DNA from: Candidatus Sumerlaeia bacterium
GTDB taxonomy: Bacteria > Sumerlaeota > Sumerlaeia > SLMS01
DNA: 18,180 nucleotides
Direction of reading: 5' to 3'
Assembly (NCBI GenBank): GCA_038208905.1
Contig: JBBQYG010000072.1
Location: 1-18,180 of the forward strand
The notes below the pieces were generated by a model. The model was not told where the DNA came from and made no database searches. It saw nothing but the letters and a program-made list of their open reading frames with translations. How positions within the stretch are numbered: position 1 is the first letter of the stretch; every line of letters begins with the position of its first letter. Shown here in pieces: positions 1 to 7,832 of this stretch. A program made the translations under genes and the position numbers.

Positions 1-1
1 C

Positions 2-202
2 GCCGAGGGGTACGCCTTCCAGATCGAGATGACGTACCGTGCGCACCTGCTCGGCTGCAAGGTCGTGGAGGTGCCGATCGTGTTCAGCGACCGGGTCGCG
101 GGCGGCTCGAAGATGTCTCGCCGCATCGTCGCCGAGGCGGCTTGGCGCGTCCCGCAGCTGCGATTTCGTGCGCTCCGCGGGAACATCCCGCGGAATCCAT
201 GA
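2..202 (+). CDS. 3' end of a GT2 glycosyltransferase, polyprenol monophosphomannose synthase (Ppm1/DPM1-like); 5' part lies outside the window
   Basis: Not in the ORF track. Manual translation of frame 2 gives AEGYAFQIEMTYRAHLLGCKVVEVPIVFSDRVAGGSKMSRRIVAEAAWRVPQLRF...NP*, TGA at 200-202. GYxFQIE and EVPIxFxDRxxGxSKMS are DPM1-like C-terminal motifs. Confidence 0.9.
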   Translation, partial: AEGYAFQIEMTYRAHLLGCKVVEVPIVFSDRVAGGSKMSRRIVAEAAWRVPQLRFRALRGNIPRNP

Positions 203-351
203 GGAAAAACTCCTTGCGCACGGTATCTTGTGTCGATGCGCGCGCGGTGGTGGATCACGATCGGGGCCGGCGTGGCGGTGCCTTCGACGGCGTCATCAAG
301 GCCACTATTTCGAATCCGATGAAATCAGACAACTGGATCATCTACCAGTAA
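199..351 (+). CDS. Small hypothetical protein (50 aa) or remnant of a larger secreted protein
   Basis: ATG overlaps the upstream stop (ATGA at 199-202). Reads MRKNSLRTVSC...ATISNPMKSDNWIIYQ*. A terminator follows about 25 nt after the stop. No family recognised. Confidence 0.4.
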   Translation: MRKNSLRTVSCVDARAVVDHDRGRRGGAFDGVIKATISNPMKSDNWIIYQ

Positions 352-375
352 GCCATTCCCCACCATCGCATTCCC

Positions 376-414
376 AAGCGGCCCGGGCATTCCCCGGGCC
401 GCTTTCTTTTTTTT
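376..414 (+). terminator. Rho-independent terminator
   Basis: Perfect 12-bp stem AAGCGGCCCGGG (376-387) / CCCGGGCCGCTT (393-404), 5-nt loop, followed by TCTTTTTTTT. Confidence 0.85.
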
Positions 415-550
415 ACTCTCCGTTCCCCATTGCCCATTCCCCGCGCTCCAGACATCCCCCCTTGCGCTCCGGGCCCGGTCTCAAGCACCTACACGCCTCG
501 CGCGCGAACCGGTCGCGCCAATCAGCCTTTCCCATCGCGGAGACCTACCC

Positions 551-1682
551 ATGAAGCAGCTTTCCGACTCCATCGCCGTTCTTGACGAGCTCAAGCGGCA
601 GTGCATCCGCAACCGGGACTATCTTTAACTACGAAGCGCTGAAGTCCGAGATCGAGGCCCTGGAGGGCCAGACGCAGTCGCCCACGTTCTGGGACGACGC
701 GAAGCACGCCCAGGAGATGATGAAGAAGATCAACCTCCTGAAGTCGCGCGTGGAGCCGTGGGAGAACCTGGAGCGCGAGGTTGCCGACAACCTGGAGATG
801 GCCCAGCTCCTGAAGGAGGAGGGCCAGGACACCGGGGACGATGCGGTGGCCCTGGGTACTTCCACGGACGGGCTGAGGGCGATCTTCGAGAAGCTCGAGC
901 TTCAGTCGATGCTCGGCAACGAGGAGGACGTGCTCCCGTGCTTCCTGAAGGTCCATTCCGGCGCCGGCGGCACGGAGTCGCAGGATTGGGCCCAGATGCT
1001 CCTTCGCATGTACCTGCGCTGGTGCGAGCGGAACGACTACAAGGTGGAAATCCTGGACATGGCGGAGGGCGACACCGCCGGCATCCAGGGGGCCACGATC
1101 CGCATCGAGGGGCCCTATGCCTTCGGCTACCTGAAGGGAGAGGCGGGCATCCACCGCCTCGTCCGCATCTCGCCCTACGACGCCAACGCGCGGCGCCACA
1201 CGAGCTTTGCCAGCGTGGACGTTTCGCCGGAGATCGACGACAACATCGAGATCGACATCGGCGTGCAGGACAAGGAGTGGCGCATCGACAGCTTCCGGTC
1301 CGGCGGCAAGGGTGGGCAGAAGGTCAACAAGACGACCAGCGCCGTGCGCATCACGCACTATCCCTCGGGCATCGTGGTCTCGATGCAGAACGAACGCTCC
1401 TGGCACCAGAACCGCGAACTCGCCTTCCAAGTGCTCCGCTCGCGGCTCTACGACTTGGAACTCAAGAAGCGCCAGGACGCGGTTCAGGCGCGCGAGGACG
1501 AGAAGCAGGACATCAACTTCGGCAGCCAGCTCCGCAGCTACGTGCTCCATCCCTACAAACTGGTCAACGACCACCGCATGGAGCTGAAGGTGAGCGACGC
1601 GGAGGACGTGCTTGACGGAAACATCGATCCCTTCATAGAAGGCTACCTGCGCTGGAAGCTGGGGCGCGTGGACAAGCAGTAG
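551..1682 (+). CDS. prfB: Peptide chain release factor 2, expressed by programmed +1 frameshift (join 551-625, 627-1682; 376 aa)
   Basis: ATG 551 gives MKQLSDSIAVLDELKRQCIRNRDYL then TAA (626-628). The +1 frame continues NYEALKSEIEALE... and contains GAGGTESQDWA, GEAGIHRLVRISPYDANARRHTSFA (SPF-type anticodon as SPY), GGQ, and FGSQLRSYVLHPY. Confidence 0.97.
614..629 (+). promoter_or_regulatory. prfB +1 programmed ribosomal frameshift cassette (CGGGAC TAT CTT TAA C)
   Basis: Slippery CTT-T at 623-626, in-frame stop at codon 26 followed by C, and a weak SD-like GGGA at the canonical upstream position. Matches the known AGGGGG TAT CTT TGA C layout except for the stop identity and weaker SD. Confidence 0.9.
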
Positions 1683-2148
1683 AATAATCCGCCACGACGG
1701 AGGTATTCATTGCATGGTAAAACGAGCCGTCATTCTGGCAGGACCCAATGGGGCGGGAAAGAGCACGATGGCTCCTGTTCTGATCCATGACCTGATCGCG
1801 ATCGATGCGTTTGTGAATGCCGACACGATCGCAAAAGGCTTGTCGGCTTTTGCGCCGGAGAAGGCTGCGATCTAGGCGGGGAGGATATTCCTCGCCCGCG
1901 TCGATGAACTGGTGCGCTCAGGCGAGGACTTCGCCATCGAGACAACGCTCTCCTCTTGCGGGATTTTCCGGTGGGTGGAGGATTGGAAGCGGGCGGGGTA
2001 TCGGATTCACCTTCACTAAATCTATGTGCCGAGTCCTGACTTCTCCATCATGAGGGTGGCTCACCGCGTCGAACTTGGGGGACACCATGTCCCCGAGGAG
2101 ACAATTCGGCGGCGATATGCCACGGGGCTTCGCGACTTTTTCGCCCTA

Positions 2149-2289
2149 GAGTGACTCTCGAAAGGCCTGTCGTATTCCAACGTAGCTTGGGCGTCTCGCC
2201 CGAGCCCCGTCGCCCCAACACGCGGGCAAGATGCCCACGATACTCTTTTACGGCGTCCTCCATCGCGACAAGACTTTCGAGAATCGCTC
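2149..2289. mobile_element. 141-bp non-autonomous element (MITE) with 24-bp imperfect TIRs and TA target-site duplication
   Basis: Left TIR GAGTGACTCTCGAAAGGCCTGTCG (2149-2172) vs reverse complement of 2266-2289 GAGCGATTCTCGAAAGTCTTGTCG (20/24). TA at 2147-2148 and 2290-2291. Removing the element and one TA restores the host reading frame. Confidence 0.85.
2182..2243. repeat. GTAG-type REP doublet (REPIN-like) inside the MITE
   Basis: GTAGCTTGGGCGTCTCGCCCGAG (2182-2204) and its inverted copy at 2221-2243 (rc GTATCGTGGGCATCTTGCCCGCG, 18/23). Each copy has its own GGGCR-TCT-YGCCC hairpin. Confidence 0.75.
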
Positions 2290-2424
2290 TAACACAGGAG
2301 CTTGTCGATGTGTGGGAGATGATCGACAACACCGAAAACAAGCAGTTTCGCGTTGCCAGAAAGGACGAGGATGGCCTTATGGCAATCCAAGACGAGGACT
2401 TGTGGTTCAGCCTGAAGGAGAAAT

Positions 2425-2679
2425 ACGATCCCAGCACTTGAATCAGCCAACACAAAGGGCCTGGGTCTTTCGGCGCCGAATTTTAATCGTCGTCTGCGAC
2501 TGGGAATGATCCCGGTATCACGGCGACTGGCCCTTCAGCACAAGGCCCACGGCCTGAAAATGGTGATGGGCCCATCCGGCCAGATGGACCCCGACGAGTT
2601 CATCGCCATGCTCGACCGCGACGAGGTCATCCTTCTCAAGGAGCAGGCCGAGTACGAGGCCTCGCTCAAGAGCGCCTGA
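2425..2679 (+). CDS. Small partner protein of the zeta-like ATPase (putative antitoxin); start uncertain (ACG 2425, possibly a decayed ATG, or ATG 2506)
   Basis: Open frame from ACG 2425, just after AAGGAG and overlapping the ATPase end, to TGA 2677-2679: ...RRLALQHKAHGLKMVMGPSGQMDPDEFIAMLDRDEVILLKEQAEYEASLKSA*. The 3' half has strong GC3 bias. Confidence 0.55.
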   Translation, partial: TIPALESANTKGLGLSAPNFNRRLRLGMIPVSRRLALQHKAHGLKMVMGPSGQMDPDEFIAMLDRDEVILLKEQAEYEASLKSA

Positions 2680-2683
2680 TCCG

Positions 2684-4327
2684 CTACGTCAGATCGGTGT
2701 ATGCACGCGCCGCTTCCGAGGCTGCCTCGCGGTAGAATCTCGGCAGGGTGTAGTAGCATCCGCGCAGGTGCGCGTGCATTTCGGAGCCCTCGTATACGGC
2801 GCTGCCGAGGGCCTTGGCCATCTGGTACTTCACGAGCTGGCGCACCAGGCGGACGGCGCGGCGGGCGCCGGTGTAGGCCTCGGCGTAGTCCATGGCGTTG
2901 TAGCGCGCCGTGGCTTCCTCCAGGGCGGTCTGCACGGCGCGGAGGCGCTCGCGGTTGTCCACCCCCGCGCCAAGGGCGAGGAGTTCACCCTCGATGTAGG
3001 CGGCCTTGGCGAATCGCACCTCGAGCAGCTCGAGCGCCAGCGACGCGACACGCTGGAGCCGACCGCGCATGGCGCGGCCAAGTTCCCCCGCACGCGCCGG
3101 ACCCGAAGTGAGCAGCACCAATCCAACCAGTTCGAGCGGGCCCGCGAGGAATCGCTTCGTGCCGGAGGTCTCCTGCACGGCCTCCAACTGTCGTGGCTCG
3201 GGAAAGTCCACGCGCCACGCGCGGAGGTCTTGGTCCGGCGGAAGGCGGATTTCGAGTTCCGTTCGCTCCATCCACGCCTCGTCGACGAAGTAGTCCTCCT
3301 CGTAGCCCTCTATGCGCAGGACGATCAGGTATTCGACGCCGTGGCGGAGGGCTTGTGCGCGGAGGCGCGGATGGCCGGTCTCGATGTCGAGGGGCTCGGG
3401 ATGGCCCTCGGCAAAGAAGTCGGAGAAGACGGCGATCTCCTGGGCGAGGAGCGCCGCCTCGCAGAACCGGTCGCGCCCCGAGCACGGCAGCGGCCCGCCG
3501 GTGGCCTCGTGGAAATGCAGCAGCGCGCCGCGCGATCCCGCGCCGAGGATGTCGTAAACTTGGAGGCGCAGAATCTCGGGGTCCGGCGGCAGCAGGTCGC
3601 GGCGCGAGAGCTTGGGGAGGTTGGCGAGCTGGGGGAACCACTCCAGCGAACGCGACGAAGACCGCGCGACCCACGGATCGTCGGAGAAGGCGCCGATGGC
3701 GCGCTCCTCGTCGGCGATGGTCAAGCGAACGTCCGCATGGATCATCGGGCGGGCGTTGGGCTTGCGAAGGTGCGTCATCAGCAGGCGCGTCGCCTCGCCG
3801 GGGCGCTGGTGGGTGATGCGCCCGCTGGCTAGCTGGGCGGGCTCGGTGTCGGGCGCGTAGATGTCGAGCGCGGAGAACCACCCCGGCTGAAAGTGCTCGC
3901 GCTTGATCGGCGCAAAGATGGGGCGATAGAGGTCCCGTGTGCGGATGGAATCGCGCTCGCGGAGGTAGGACTCCAGGCCCTCCCGCGTCGCGGGGTGCGG
4001 GGCCAGCATGTAGGAGTGCAGAGCCGGATGCTGGCGGAAGTCCGAGAGATAGCGCCCGTGCTCCGGCAGGCGCGGATCGGCGACGAGGATCGCCATGAGG
4101 CCGGCACGCTCCGCCGCGTCCAGAAACGCCCCGATCAGCCGGATCGTGCCTGGGCTGCATGGCGGCGTGCCGACGATGGTGAAGCCCGCGGCGGCGATCT
4201 CCTGCAGCACGGGGGCGAAGCGTTCCTCCGGCGTGAGCAGGACGCGCGGACCGAAGGAGAAGAACGGTCGCCCTTCCTTTCGGATCACCGAGCGGTCGAT
4301 CAGGATGCGACTGCTGTCATCTGACAT
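2684..4327 (-). CDS. Hypothetical protein (547 aa) with a degenerate glycoside-hydrolase-like TIM barrel and helical C-terminus
   Basis: Long ORF with typical codon bias. Start ATG 4327 (MSDDSSRIL) avoids overlap with the upstream gene. Segments EGRPFFSFG, IAAAGFTIV, FLDAAERAGL, FRQHPALHSYML and LRLQVYDILGAGSRG resemble clan GH-A-like barrels. Confidence 0.75.
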   Translation of the reverse strand: MSDDSSRILIDRSVIRKEGRPFFSFGPRVLLTPEERFAPVLQEIAAAGFTIVGTPPCSPGTIRLIGAFLDAAERAGLMAILVADPRLPEHGRYLSDFRQHPALHSYMLAPHPATREGLESYLRERDSIRTRDLYRPIFAPIKREHFQPGWFSALDIYAPDTEPAQLASGRITHQRPGEATRLLMTHLRKPNARPMIHADVRLTIADEERAIGAFSDDPWVARSSSRSLEWFPQLANLPKLSRRDLLPPDPEILRLQVYDILGAGSRGALLHFHEATGGPLPCSGRDRFCEAALLAQEIAVFSDFFAEGHPEPLDIETGHPRLRAQALRHGVEYLIVLRIEGYEEDYFVDEAWMERTELEIRLPPDQDLRAWRVDFPEPRQLEAVQETSGTKRFLAGPLELVGLVLLTSGPARAGELGRAMRGRLQRVASLALELLEVRFAKAAYIEGELLALGAGVDNRERLRAVQTALEEATARYNAMDYAEAYTGARRAVRLVRQLVKYQMAKALGSAVYEGSEMHAHLRGCYYTLPRFYREAASEAARAYTDLT

Positions 4328-4371
4328 GGTGTGGCTCGGCTGTGGGGGAAGCCGCGTCCGCTTGGTGTCGG

Positions 4372-6102
4372 TCAGTCCATCTCGCTGTCGTTGAAGTCCA
4401 GGCGCTTGAGCACGATCAGCGTGAAGTCGTCGAACTGGTCCGCGGAGGCGCGGTGGCGCAGGCAAGCCTGATACACGGCGTTGCGGATCTCCTCCGCGCT
4501 GAGGTGGCGCTTGTCCTTGATGAGTTCCTGAAACCGCTCCAGGGTGAAGGACTGGCCATCGGGAGAGAGGATGTCCGTCACGCCGTCGGTATAGAGGAGA
4601 AGCACTCCGCCGGGGGGAATGGAGCTGATGCCCGCCTCGTAGTCCGCCTCTTCGTCGATGCCGAGGAAAAGGCCGCCCGCGTCGAGAAACTCCATCTCGC
4701 CGCTGGGGAGGAGGACGATCGGCTGGGCATGGCCCGCGTTGACATATTCGATGGCGCCGGTGGATTCGTCGAGCAGGATAAAGGCCATTGTCACATACAT
4801 GTCGTTGCTGACGTCGCGGTGGACGTTGCGGTTAATGCGCTGGACAAGATGGACAAGGCTTGGTTCGCGGACCTGAGTGCCCCCCTGAAGGTAGCTGCGC
4901 GTGGCGGCGGTGAGGATCGCGGCGGGGACGCCCTTGCCGGAGACGTCTGCGACGGCCAGCCCCAGGCGCCCATCGGGCATCCGCAGGAAATCGTAGTAGT
5001 CGCCCCCCACGTGCTTGGCCGGAAGCGACATGGCGGAGAGCTGGTATCCCGGCAGGTCGGGATACGTCTTGGGGAGGAGGTTCATCTGGATGTCGCGGGC
5101 GATTTCCATTTCGCGGGCGAGCTTGTGCTGCTCCACCAGTTGCGACTGGAGGCGCGCGTTGGTGATGGCGACGGCGGCCTGGTTGGCGATGGAGGTGAGC
5201 AGTTCCAGTTCCTCCTCCGAGAAGGAGGCCATCCGGGACTGCGTATCGACATAGATGACGCCGATGGAGGCGGACTTGAAGATGAGCGGCGCGACCATGG
5301 CCGTGCGGATTGCATTGCTGACGATGGACTCGCTTGCGTTGAAGCGCTCGTCCAGCGCGGCGTTGGAAACCAGGAGCGAGATGCCGTCGCGCACGCAGCG
5401 GTTGACGATGGTGCTGCTGATCTTCACCTCGGTGGGATTCTCGCCCATCATCACCTTTACCACGCGCGGCTGAAGCTCCCCAGTCTCCGCGTCCACCAGC
5501 AGCAGATACGTCCGGTCGGGCCGCACCACCGTCTGGATGATCGTCATGATGCGGTCCAGCAGTTCGTCCAGGCTGAAGATGGAACGGATCGCGTCGGTGA
5601 CCTGATAGAGGATTTCGAGGCGGCGGTTGGGCTGCTTGAGATCGAGGAAGGAGGTGTTGGTGAGGGAGTCGGATTCCTCGGGGTTGTAGCCGGCGCGTCG
5701 CTCGCCCCGGGTGGCTCCCCACTGCTTCTCCTCGACCAACTTGTACCTCGAGCGCAAGCCCTCGCGGACGCCCGAGGTGGCGCCGCCCTCTCCCCCGGAG
5801 CTATCGGCGTCGGGGTCCAGGTCGATGCGCATCACCGTGTCGCCGATCTGGATGCGGTCGTGATGCTTCAGTTCCGACAGCTCCCGCGCCACGGCGCCGT
5901 TCAGGAGCGTGCCGTTCTTGCTGCCGAGGTCCCGCAGGACCAGGCGGTTCCCCTCGACGAGCAATTCGACATGGTTGCGCGACATGCGGCGGTCGACGAC
6001 CTGGATGTTGTTGGAAACGCTTCGCCCGATGCTCATCACCGGCTTGTCCAGGGCGAAGATCGCTCCCGCGTCCGTGCCGCTCTCGATAACCAGCTTAGGC
6101 AT
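4372..6102 (-). CDS. FHA-GAF-SpoIIE (PP2C) phosphatase, RsbU-like
   Basis: FHA motifs IGRS, MSRNH and DLGSKNGT; central GAF (AMVAPLIFKSASIGVIYVD...IANQAAVAITNARL); PP2C motifs VGGDYYDF, ADVSGKG, NAGH, YTDG and DDFT, all intact. Confidence 0.93.
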   Translation of the reverse strand: MPKLVIESGTDAGAIFALDKPVMSIGRSVSNNIQVVDRRMSRNHVELLVEGNRLVLRDLGSKNGTLLNGAVARELSELKHHDRIQIGDTVMRIDLDPDADSSGGEGGATSGVREGLRSRYKLVEEKQWGATRGERRAGYNPEESDSLTNTSFLDLKQPNRRLEILYQVTDAIRSIFSLDELLDRIMTIIQTVVRPDRTYLLLVDAETGELQPRVVKVMMGENPTEVKISSTIVNRCVRDGISLLVSNAALDERFNASESIVSNAIRTAMVAPLIFKSASIGVIYVDTQSRMASFSEEELELLTSIANQAAVAITNARLQSQLVEQHKLAREMEIARDIQMNLLPKTYPDLPGYQLSAMSLPAKHVGGDYYDFLRMPDGRLGLAVADVSGKGVPAAILTAATRSYLQGGTQVREPSLVHLVQRINRNVHRDVSNDMYVTMAFILLDESTGAIEYVNAGHAQPIVLLPSGEMEFLDAGGLFLGIDEEADYEAGISSIPPGGVLLLYTDGVTDILSPDGQSFTLERFQELIKDKRHLSAEEIRNAVYQACLRHRASADQFDDFTLIVLKRLDFNDSEMD

Positions 6103-6319
6103 TTTTCGGGGTCGCGCGGGGAATGGGAGAAAGTCCTCTTTTCGGATCGATGTGATCCTTGGCCCTCTTAAGCGAAGTCAAGGAATGTGCGGGCCGTCTG
6201 CGAGGGTCGGGCAAACCCGGGATGAGGTCAAGTCGCCTTTCCAATTGCGATTCGCGGGCACGGCGCTGGACCGTGGCACCCTCATCGATGCACTGGTCCC
6301 GGCCAGGCAGGAGATACAC

Positions 6320-7801
6320 GTGGCACAGGCAATCCTGACGCTCCTGCTGTTGGTCGCCATCGGGGCCATTGCCGCCCTCCGACGCAAGATCCTGTCGCTG
6401 GAGTCCTCTCTCGAGGCCCGCGAGAAGGAGCGGCGGGCGACCTATGACTTCCTGGACCGCCTTGGCACCAGCCTCACCGGGGGCGGCGAAGCGACCGCCA
6501 CCATGGAGATCGTGGTGGAGTTTGCCCAGGAAGCGGCCCACGCCGATGCCGCCTGCCTCTTCGTTCTGGGTCACGAGCCCAACGCGGCGCCAATCCTGCG
6601 CGCCCGCGTGGTGCGGGGCCTGTTCCCCCCGCTCCACGGCGCGGGCAATGCCAAGCTAATGGCGCGGCGAAAGTTCGTGGAGGAACTTGTCCTGAAGACC
6701 GCGATCCCCGTGGGCGAAGGCCCCATCGGCATCGTGGCACGCCGTGGCCAGCCGATGCTGATCCCCAACGCCCGGGCGGAGGAAAGCCTGCGCGAGGCCG
6801 TCGAGTCGGGTATCGAGTTCCGCGACCTGATGGTGGTGCCCCTCGTCGCCCGAGGGGAGGTCCTTGGCGTTCTGGCGCTGGCGAACAAGACAACCGGCGG
6901 GGCCTTCAACGAGGAAGACATGCAGCTCTCGGTCGCGATCGCCGACCAGGCGGCGGTGACGCTGGATCTGGTCAGGCTCTATCGCATGATGGCGGAGCGC
7001 CAGCGGCTGGAGCAGGAACTGGAGTTGGCGCGCACGTTTCAGGCGCTTCTCCTCCCCCGCACAACGCCCAGCTATCCCAACGTGGAGTTTGCCTCGTTCT
7101 ATCGACCGGCGCTGGAGGTTGGGGGTGACTACTTCGACTTCATCCCCATCGACGACCATCGGATCGGGATCGTGGTGGGCGATGTTTCCGGCAAGGGGAT
7201 CCCCGGGGCTCTGGTGATGGCCTCGGTCAGGGCCTGCCTTCGCGCGGAGGCACGGATTTCCGACTCCCCCAAGCGCGTCCTTCAGCGCGTCAACGACGAG
7301 GCGGCCCGGGACACCAAGGAGGGCGTCTTCATCACCATGACCTATGGCATCCTCAACGTGGAAACAGGCCGCTTCCGGTTCTGCCGCGCCGGGCACGAGC
7401 CAATTCTCTGTTGCCAGATGACGGGAGAGGCGGTAGTCCAGTACTTGCCGGAGGGAATCGCCCTTGGCCTGATTGAAGGCGAGCACTTCGGCATCACGGC
7501 GGAGCAGGAGATCGACCTCTCCGCGGAGCGGAACATCGTCCTCTATACCGATGGGGTGGTCGAGGCGATGAATGGGGGCCGCGAGGAGTATGGCGAGGCG
7601 CGATTCCACCAAGTCATTCGGGATCAAGCCGGGAATCCCCCCGCCCGCATGGTGGAAAGCGTGATGGCCAACATCGAGGATTTTACTAGAGGCCTGCCCC
7701 AGCATGACGATATTACGTTGGTTGTAATCGGATGGAAGGCCCCCCGCGATCCCGGCGCGTCCCGGGTGGCGGCGGTCGCCGCGCCCGCAGCCACTGCCTG
7801 A
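6320..7801 (+). CDS. Membrane-anchored GAF-SpoIIE (PP2C) phosphatase, RsbU-like (493 aa)
   Basis: GTG 6320 after CAGGAG. N-terminal hydrophobic helix AILTLLLLVAIGAIAAL; GAF (VVPLVARGEVLGVLALANK...FNEED); PP2C motifs VGGDYFDF, GDVSGKG, RAGH, YTDG, HDDIT. Confidence 0.92.
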   Translation: MAQAILTLLLLVAIGAIAALRRKILSLESSLEAREKERRATYDFLDRLGTSLTGGGEATATMEIVVEFAQEAAHADAACLFVLGHEPNAAPILRARVVRGLFPPLHGAGNAKLMARRKFVEELVLKTAIPVGEGPIGIVARRGQPMLIPNARAEESLREAVESGIEFRDLMVVPLVARGEVLGVLALANKTTGGAFNEEDMQLSVAIADQAAVTLDLVRLYRMMAERQRLEQELELARTFQALLLPRTTPSYPNVEFASFYRPALEVGGDYFDFIPIDDHRIGIVVGDVSGKGIPGALVMASVRACLRAEARISDSPKRVLQRVNDEAARDTKEGVFITMTYGILNVETGRFRFCRAGHEPILCCQMTGEAVVQYLPEGIALGLIEGEHFGITAEQEIDLSAERNIVLYTDGVVEAMNGGREEYGEARFHQVIRDQAGNPPARMVESVMANIEDFTRGLPQHDDITLVVIGWKAPRDPGASRVAAVAAPAATA

Positions 7802-7832
7802 GTCCGAGCCACTCCCCAAGGAGAACCTCTCC

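Larger units (their letters stand above)
1714..2441 (+). pseudogene. Zeta-toxin-like / predicted ABC-type P-loop ATPase pseudogene (two nonsense codons plus MITE insertion)
   Basis: SD GGAGG at 1699-1703, ATG 1714. Reads MVKRAVILAGPNGAGKST (Walker A)...FVNADTIAKGLSAFAPEKAAI*(TAG 1873-1875)AGR...FAIETTLS...GYRIHLH*(TAA 2017-2019)...RVAHRVELGGHHVPEETIRRRY...FFAL. After removing the insert it resumes in frame as TQELVDVWEMIDNT...KYDPST*, a 194-codon reconstruction. Confidence 0.9.

Noticed and set aside
582..626. ORF-track start of RF2 (MTSSSGSASATG...) and the CTTGAC at 581-586 as a frameshift site
   Set aside because: This is the +1 frame upstream of the true shift site. CTT GAC is read Leu-Asp in frame 0 with no stop, and the cassette at 623-629 has the canonical position.
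1714..2154. Stop-codon reassignment or selenocysteine/pyrrolysine explaining in-frame TAG, TAA and TGA
   Set aside because: All three codons end intact genes in this window, the TGA at 2152 belongs to the MITE, and TAG/TAA are single changes from Gln/Tyr codons.
2151..2441. 96-aa ORF as an independent gene
   Set aside because: It is a chimera of MITE sequence and the ATPase C-terminus.
4342..6171. Long antisense or alternate-frame ORFs (also 591-1574, 2768-3832, 10904-12538, 12835-14211, 14694-16250)
   Set aside because: Shadow ORFs expected from high GC3 opposite well-supported genes; no recognisable motifs.
6200..6245. GGGCAAACCC as a c-di-GMP-I riboswitch between the phosphatases
   Set aside because: No following GNRA-capped stem or GCAAAG/receptor element could be found; only a short hairpin.
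5909..6319. N-terminal extension of the plus-strand phosphatase given in the ORF track
   Set aside because: Overlaps the divergent gene and looks non-coding; GTG 6320 has an SD and begins a TM helix.
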